Assembly: GCA_039812705.1 (NCBI GenBank)
Contig: JBDIBA010000002.1
Span: forward strand, 988-64,987
Direction of reading: 5' to 3'
DNA length: 64,000 nt
From: Acidimicrobiia bacterium
Lineage (GTDB): Bacteria > Actinomycetota > Acidimicrobiia > Acidimicrobiales > JBBSGY01
The notes below the pieces were generated by a model. It was not told the origin of the DNA and ran no database searches. It saw only the letters and a program-made list of their open reading frames with translations. Position numbers and translations under genes: made by a program. Positions 58,799 through 64,000 of the stretch are shown one piece after another; position 1 is the first letter of the stretch, and each line of letters opens with the position of its first letter.

Positions 58799-59494
58799 AT
58801 GAGTGACATTTCTCCAACCGATTCCGAAACCCAGGTAGACCAGGAAACCGCCGTCGATACCGATGCGCCGGTTGAGGTACTTGAGGTTGAAGAGGCACCG
58901 GCTCCAAAGAAAAAGGCGCAGAGCCCTTACGACCGACCCGGTCAGTGGTACGTCGTGCACACATATGCCGGCTACGAGCAGAAGGTGCGCGGCAACCTAG
59001 AGAACCGCATTGCATCCATGAACATGGAAGACCAGATTTTCGAGACGGTCATTCCAATGGAAGACGTCACAGAGTTCAAGAATGGCAAGAAGGTCACCGT
59101 CTCCAAGAAGGTGTTCCCTGGCTATCTGATGGTCCGCATGATCCTCGATGACGACTCGTGGGCAGTTGTGCGCAACACCCCAGCCGTTACGGGCTTCGTC
59201 GGCACGGGTGCCACCCCAACGCCGCTTTCGCGTAAGGAAGTCGAGAACATTCTTCGCGTCGAAGAAGAAGAGGGCGAGGAAACCCAGGCCGCGTCGGCGC
59301 AGCCCAAGCGCAGCCGTCCGCAGCTCGAGTACGAGCTCGGCGAAAGCGTTCGGGTCAAAGAAGGTCCGTTCGCAGACTTTTCAGGCGAAATTTCTGAAAT
59401 CAACGAAGACCAGCTCAAAGTCAAGGTCTTGGTCAACATTTTCGGTCGCGAAACCCCGGTTGAACTCGAGTTCAGCCAAGTCGCGAAACTTTAA
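58799..59494 (+). CDS. nusG: transcription termination/antitermination protein NusG
   Basis: 231 aa with an acidic N-terminal extension. NGN reads [14 protein letters not shown]...[10 protein letters not shown] and KOW reads [22 protein letters not shown]. Confidence 0.95.
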   Translation: MSDISPTDSETQVDQETAVDTDAPVEVLEVEEAPAPKKKAQSPYDRPGQWYVVHTYAGYEQKVRGNLENRIASMNMEDQIFETVIPMEDVTEFKNGKKVTVSKKVFPGYLMVRMILDDDSWAVVRNTPAVTGFVGTGATPTPLSRKEVENILRVEEEEGEETQAASAQPKRSRPQLEYELGESVRVKEGPFADFSGEISEINEDQLKVKVLVNIFGRETPVELEFSQVAKL

Positions 59495-59542
59495 GGCAGT
59501 TTTCCGGCCTATCATCGGCCGTCCGCAATTCGAGGAACTCTC

Positions 59543-59971
59543 ATGGCAAAGAAGCGCGTAACCGCGATCGTGAAAATTCAGCTCCCTGCAGGCGCAGCAA
59601 CCCCAGCGCCTCCAGTTGGTACGGCACTTGGTCCACACGGTGTGCAGACCATGGCGTTTTGTCAGCAGTACAACGCGGCCACAGAAAACCAACGTGGCCA
59701 GGTCGTCCCTGTCGAAATCACCATTTACGACGACCGTTCGTTTACGTTCGTCCTCAAGACGCCTCCAACCACAAAGCTCATCCTCACGGCTGCAAAGCTG
59801 CAAAAGGGTGCAACCGCGGTTGGCAAGGAAACCGCTGGCTCCATCACCGATGCTCAACTCACCGAGATTGCGCAGATGAAGATGCCAGACCTCAACGCCT
59901 TGGACATCGACGCGGCTAAGGCTCAGGTTGCCGGCACCGCGCGCAGCATGGGCATCAAGGTCGACGGCTAA
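59543..59971 (+). CDS. rplK: 50S ribosomal protein L11
   Basis: 142 aa. Contains [34 protein letters not shown]. Confidence 0.97.
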   Translation: MAKKRVTAIVKIQLPAGAATPAPPVGTALGPHGVQTMAFCQQYNAATENQRGQVVPVEITIYDDRSFTFVLKTPPTTKLILTAAKLQKGATAVGKETAGSITDAQLTEIAQMKMPDLNALDIDAAKAQVAGTARSMGIKVDG

Positions 59972-60063
59972 CAGTCGCAAATCACGCAATCCAAAACTGA
60001 CCGGCAGGGGAGCACCTCGCCCCGGGTCATCACAAACATTTGAGGGACCGAAAGGGAAACAAC

Positions 60064-60786
60064 ATGGCCAAGCACGGCAAGAAGTACGTCGATTCCGTGA
60101 AGCGTTTCGATCGCGAGCGTTTTCACTCCACGCCAGAGGCAATCTCCATCGTCAAGTCCCTGGCCAAGGCCAAGTTTGACGAAACCATCGAGCTGGCAGT
60201 TCGCCTTAGCGTCGACCCCCGCAAGGCTGACCAAATTGTGCGTGGCACGGTTGGCCTACCCGCAGGAACCGGTCGCGTAGTCCGCGTTGCTGTTTTCGCT
60301 TCCGCTGATCACGCCGCTGCGGCTCGCGAAGCCGGAGCAGACGTAGTCGGCGCCGAAGACCTGGTCGAAAAGGTAAGCGGCGGTTTCTTGGACTTTGACT
60401 TGGCCATCGCAACCCCCGACATGATGGGTCAAGTTGGTCGTCTTGGTCGTGTCCTCGGTCCGCGCGGCCTCATGCCAAACCCCAAGACGGGCACAGTCAC
60501 CACCGACGTTGCTGCCGCAGTCACCGCGTTCAAGGGCGGTCGGGTTGAGTACCGCACCGACAAGGTTGGAAATGTCCACGTCCCAATCGGCAAGGCTTCA
60601 TTCACCGAGACCGACTTGCTTCGTAACGCTCGCGCGCTCATCGAAGAACTCATCAAGGCCAAGCCAGCAGCAGCCAAAGGCAAGTACGTCAAGAGCGTCA
60701 CGGTGTCTTCAACAATGAGCCCCGGTGTCCGCATCGACTCCAACAACCTTCGCATTACAGATGAGGAAATCGCGGCAGTCTCATAG
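60064..60786 (+). CDS. rplA: 50S ribosomal protein L1
   Basis: The chosen start is MAKHGKKY (the listed ORF starts 24 nt earlier). Contains [20 protein letters not shown] and [15 protein letters not shown]. Confidence 0.95.
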   Translation: MAKHGKKYVDSVKRFDRERFHSTPEAISIVKSLAKAKFDETIELAVRLSVDPRKADQIVRGTVGLPAGTGRVVRVAVFASADHAAAAREAGADVVGAEDLVEKVSGGFLDFDLAIATPDMMGQVGRLGRVLGPRGLMPNPKTGTVTTDVAAAVTAFKGGRVEYRTDKVGNVHVPIGKASFTETDLLRNARALIEELIKAKPAAAKGKYVKSVTVSSTMSPGVRIDSNNLRITDEEIAAVS

Positions 60787-60973
60787 CTGCTAGTTTCTCG
60801 CCCACAAGTTCTTCGCCGAAGACCTCGGGTTTCTGTGGAATCGGTCACAGATCCAATGGAACAAGTCCTCACTTGGTCCGCCCGGAGAGGTGTTGCAGGG
60901 TAAATGCATCTTCAAGTCATGCATTTCCGTGCTCCTTCGGCGTTGTGCAAACGCTAATCAGTAAGGAAATCGC
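60787..60973 (+). promoter_or_regulatory. structured 187-nt leader upstream of rplJ (candidate L10/L12 autoregulatory leader)
   Basis: Its position matches the known rplJL leader. Local hairpins are visible, e.g. aaatgcat-cttcaagtc-atgcattt (8-bp perfect stem) and cgaag-acc-tcggg. I could not check a covariance model. Confidence 0.35.
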
Positions 60974-61570
60974 ATGGAAAACCCAAGGCCGGAAAAGGTG
61001 GCCGTTGTAGACGAGGTGCGCGGCAAGTTCGCCGACTCCGATGCTGCACTGCTCACCGAATACCGCGGACTTACCGTTAAAGACCTTGCAGACTTGCGTT
61101 CGTCAATCCGCGAAAACGGTGGCGAGTACAAGGTCTACAAGAACACCCTTGTGCGCTTTGCAGTTCGTGAGCTGAACCTCAACGACCTCGAAGACCAATT
61201 GACCGGCCCGACCGCCATTGCGTTCGTCAAGGGCGATGCCGCAGCAGTGGCAAAGTCACTGCGCGACTTTGCCAAGACGAACCAAAACCTTGTCGTTAAG
61301 GGCGCTGTTCTTGGAGACAAGGCGCTAACGGCCAAGGAAGCAACAGCACTTGCAGACCTGCCTTCGCGCGAGGTTCTGCTGGCCCAAATCGCTGGATTGC
61401 TCGCAGCACCTATGAGCGGCTTCGCCAGCTTGCTGCAAGCACTTCCACGCAATTTCGCTTACGGCCTCAAGGCCCTCGTCGACCAGGGTGGCGCAAGCAC
61501 TGCTCCAGCCGCGGAAGCGAAGAGCGAAGAGACCGGCGAAAGCCAAGCCGACAACGAAGAATCGAAATAA
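60974..61570 (+). CDS. rplJ: 50S ribosomal protein L10
   Basis: 198 aa. Contains LLTEYRGLTVKDLADLRSSIRENGGEYKVYKNTLVRFA and has an acidic C-terminal extension. Confidence 0.95.
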   Translation: MENPRPEKVAVVDEVRGKFADSDAALLTEYRGLTVKDLADLRSSIRENGGEYKVYKNTLVRFAVRELNLNDLEDQLTGPTAIAFVKGDAAAVAKSLRDFAKTNQNLVVKGAVLGDKALTAKEATALADLPSREVLLAQIAGLLAAPMSGFASLLQALPRNFAYGLKALVDQGGASTAPAAEAKSEETGESQADNEESK

Positions 61571-61582
61571 CAGGAGACCAAC

Positions 61583-61972
61583 ATGGCAACCCAAACCAAA
61601 GAAGACATTCTCGAAGCCATTTCGAACATGAGCGTGCTCGAGCTAAGCGAGCTGCTTAAGGACTTCGAAGAGAAGTTCGGCGTCAGCGCAGCAGCACCTG
61701 CTGCAGTCGCAGCAGCTGCACCTGCAGGCGGCGGTGGCGGCGACGCTGCTGCTGAAGAGCAGGACGAGTTCGACGTCATCCTTGCTAACGCAGGTGACAA
61801 GAAGATCCAGGTCATCAAGGAAGTCCGCGGCCTCACAAGCCTCGGCCTCAAGGAAGCCAAGGACCTGGTTGATGGTGCTCCCAAGCCCATCCTCGAAAAG
61901 GTGTCTAAAGAAGACGCCGAGAAGGCAAAGGCAGCCCTTGAGGGTGCCGGCGCCACTGTAGAACTCAAGTAA
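61583..61972 (+). CDS. rplL: 50S ribosomal protein L7/L12
   Basis: 129 aa. Contains [26 protein letters not shown], an Ala-rich hinge, and [28 protein letters not shown]. Confidence 0.97.
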   Translation: MATQTKEDILEAISNMSVLELSELLKDFEEKFGVSAAAPAAVAAAAPAGGGGGDAAAEEQDEFDVILANAGDKKIQVIKEVRGLTSLGLKEAKDLVDGAPKPILEKVSKEDAEKAKAALEGAGATVELK

Positions 61973-61982
61973 TTGCACTTGG

Positions 61983-62030
61983 CAGCCATCTGCCCGGGCT
62001 CCTTTAGGTCCGGGTAGATGGCTGGTTTGG
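61983..62030 (+). terminator. hairpin in the rplL-rpoB spacer (candidate attenuator/partial terminator)
   Basis: The sequence is cagccatctgcccgg-gctcctttaggt-ccgggtagatggctg, a 15-bp stem with one G:U pair, followed by a weak gttt. An attenuator is known at this position in E. coli. Confidence 0.45.
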
Positions 62031-62252
62031 GCTAATTCGCCGCGCGAATTTCTTCCGCCCAGCTTTCATATTCGACGGTCTTGTTTTTCCGGGCGGTTTT
62101 ACGTATCCTTCCCGCCGCTTGCAGAGCCGGGCTTGTCGACCTATATTCATCCGTTGCCGTGGATTGTCGCCCTACGCCGCCCTCATTTTGTGCTCAATTT
62201 GGTGCTTTCCATGGCTTGCTGCCCGTAGCTCTGCCTTGTCAGGAGTAGGCCC

Positions 62253-64000
62253 TTGTCGTCTCGTTCCAACACAAAGGAACGTTCCTCTGTTAGGGAGCGG
62301 TTCTCCTTCAGCACTGTTGAAGAAGTACTTCCGCTTCCAGATCTAATTTCAATCCAACGCGATTCTTTCCGCTGGTTCTTGGACGAAGGTCTCGCAGAGG
62401 CGTTTCGTGACATCAGCCCCATCGAAGACTTCACAGGTCAACTAAGGCTCGAACTCGAATTCGATCCAAACGACCCAGATCTTCGTCCACCGCCCAAGTT
62501 CACGGTGGAGGAGTGCAAGGAAAGGGACATGACGTACGCAGCGCCAATTTTTGTGCGCTCACGTTTCATGAACGCCAGCACGGGTGAAATCAAGGAACAG
62601 ACCGTGTTCATGGGCGACTTCCCGATCATGACCGAGAAGGGCACATTCATTGTTAACGGCACTGAGCGCGTCGTTGTTTCGCAGCTCGTGCGTTCTCCTG
62701 GTGTCATCTTCCAGCCTGGTCGCGATGCCAAGACCGTCGTAACCGGAACCGTTCACCCTTACCGTGGTGAGTGGGTTGAGTTTGACGTCGAAGCCAAGCC
62801 TGGCAAGGACATCACCGCTGGTGCACGTGTTGCACGCAAGCGTCGTCTCAGTGTTTTCACAATGCTGCGTGCCCTTGGTTACGAAGACCCGGCCTTCCTA
62901 GAGCGTTTTGTTCGTCACTTCGATTTCCTCCAGGCTCAGTGGGAAAAGGACAAGGACATTGCGCCTACGCGCGAAGAGGCACTGCTTGAGATCTATAAGC
63001 GTGCACGTCCGGGTGAGCCACCGAACCTTGAGTCCGCGCGCGTTTACCTAGAAAATGCGTTCTTCAATCCCAAGCGCTACGACCTCACTCGCGTGGGTCG
63101 CTACAAGCTCGACCGCCGTCTCAGCCCGGAAATGGAAAAGCTCGAGAAGATTCTTGGCGTTGAACTCGAACGTCCTGAAGAGGGCCAGGGCACGCTGTCG
63201 CCTGCCGAAATGCTCGCAGCTTGTTCATACATGTTGCACTTGGCCAACGGTGAGCCTGGCTACCGCTTGGACGACCAAGACCACTTTGCCAACCGCCGTA
63301 TTCGCGTTGGTGGCGAACTCATTCAGAACCAGGTGCGTGTCGGTCTCAGCCGCATGGAGCGCGTTGTTCGCGAGCGCATGACGACTCAAGACGTCGAGGC
63401 CATTACGCCGCAAACGTTGATCAACATCCGTCCCGTGGTTGCAAGTATTAAGGAGTTCTTCGGAACCTCACAGCTGTCGCAGTTCATGGACCAGCACAAC
63501 CCGTTGGCCGGTCTTGCGCACAAGCGTCGTTTGAACGCCATGGGCCCCGGTGGTCTGTCGCGTGAGCGTGCAGGCTTCGAAGTCCGAGACGTTCACAGCT
63601 CCCACTACGGCCGCATGTGCCCAATTGAAACGCCAGAAGGCCCCAACATTGGTCTTATTGGCCACTTGGCTTCATACGGACGCATCAACCAGTTCGGCTT
63701 CATCGAGACCCCATACCGCAAGGTGGTTGACGGTCGCGTTACCGACGAAGTCCTCTACCTTGCAGCAGACGAAGAAGAGGAATACGTCATTGCTCAGGCC
63801 AACGCGCTGTTGGGTGACGACGGTCGTTTCGTAGAAGACCGCGTGCTTGTTCGCCGTCCGCCTGTCGGAGCCGGTGTTCGCGTCGGAGCGTCTGCAACTT
63901 CATACGGTTCAACTTCCGAAGTCGACTTTGTGCCAGCAGCAGAAGTCGACCTGATGGACGTTTCGCCGAAGCAGGTTCTGTCGCTGTCAACCGCTCTCAT
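62253..64000 (+). CDS. rpoB: DNA-directed RNA polymerase subunit beta, 3'-truncated by window edge
   Basis: It is absent from the ORF track because no stop is reached. Manual translation from TTG 62253 (SD aggag 8 nt upstream) gives [47 protein letters not shown]...[21 protein letters not shown]...[34 protein letters not shown]. Confidence 0.97.
   Translation, partial: MSSRSNTKERSSVRERFSFSTVEEVLPLPDLISIQRDSFRWFLDEGLAEAFRDISPIEDFTGQLRLELEFDPNDPDLRPPPKFTVEECKERDMTYAAPIFVRSRFMNASTGEIKEQTVFMGDFPIMTEKGTFIVNGTERVVVSQLVRSPGVIFQPGRDAKTVVTGTVHPYRGEWVEFDVEAKPGKDITAGARVARKRRLSVFTMLRALGYEDPAFLERFVRHFDFLQAQWEKDKDIAPTREEALLEIYKRARPGEPPNLESARVYLENAFFNPKRYDLTRVGRYKLDRRLSPEMEKLEKILGVELERPEEGQGTLSPAEMLAACSYMLHLANGEPGYRLDDQDHFANRRIRVGGELIQNQVRVGLSRMERVVRERMTTQDVEAITPQTLINIRPVVASIKEFFGTSQLSQFMDQHNPLAGLAHKRRLNAMGPGGLSRERAGFEVRDVHSSHYGRMCPIETPEGPNIGLIGHLASYGRINQFGFIETPYRKVVDGRVTDEVLYLAADEEEEYVIAQANALLGDDGRFVEDRVLVRRPPVGAGVRVGASATSYGSTSEVDFVPAAEVDLMDVSPKQVLSLSTAL

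Noticed and set aside
59381-60142. 253-aa minus-strand ORF
   Set aside because: It is antisense to the nusG 3' end, rplK and the rplA 5' end, all of which are unambiguous ribosomal or transcription genes. Its composition is typical of a shadow ORF.
63055-63834. Listed plus-strand ORFs of 108 and 94 aa and minus-strand ORFs inside the last 2 kb
   Set aside because: They are in alternative frames of rpoB, whose own frame is open to the window edge and therefore missing from the ORF track.

Overview
The window is a 64 kb chromosomal segment that looks actinobacterial. Supporting markers are WhiB, ask/asd, an acyl-CoA carboxylase epsilon subunit, DUF4012, an LAxTG sortase signal and frequent GTG/TTG starts with ATGA/GTGA gene overlaps. 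The lineage assignment is inference only. It is mostly core genes. Running left to right: dnaX (5'-truncated)-recR, a FEN-like exonuclease, an acyl-CoA carboxylase beta/epsilon pair, a KhtT/KhtU-like K+/H+ antiporter pair, a cyclophilin and ask. A roughly 14 kb surface-glycan cluster follows, with asd embedded inside it. Next come tRNA-Pro, whiB, a class A PBP and an 11-gene nuo operon (A,B,C,D,H,I,J,K,L,M,N, with no E/F/G). A MidA/NDUFAF7-like methyltransferase lies directly downstream of nuoN. After that are yajQ, tRNA-Tyr, efeUOB, a second envelope-glycan module and a MacB-type ABC pair. The window ends with tRNA-Thr, tRNA-Met, tuf, rpmG, an ECF sigma/ZAS anti-sigma pair, tRNA-Trp, secE, nusG, rplKAJL and 5' rpoB (TTG start, runs off the window). 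I saw no rRNA, CRISPR array, transposase or integrase. The most interesting observations are: (1) the NDUFAF7-like methyltransferase next to an EFG-less complex I operon; (2) ask and asd separated by, and translationally coupled to, glycan-assembly genes, including a flippase-GT2 fusion, a Wzz with a degenerate kinase-like domain, DUF4012 and a tiny LAxTG protein; (3) an ATGA-coupled operon of a GT-C-like membrane protein with two small membrane proteins; (4) two sets of tandem secreted two-Cys paralogs; (5) a trypsin-fold protein lacking catalytic His and Ser; (6) a perfect 75-bp direct repeat between two tRNAs. All functional calls come from reading the translated ORFs by eye. No database search was run.
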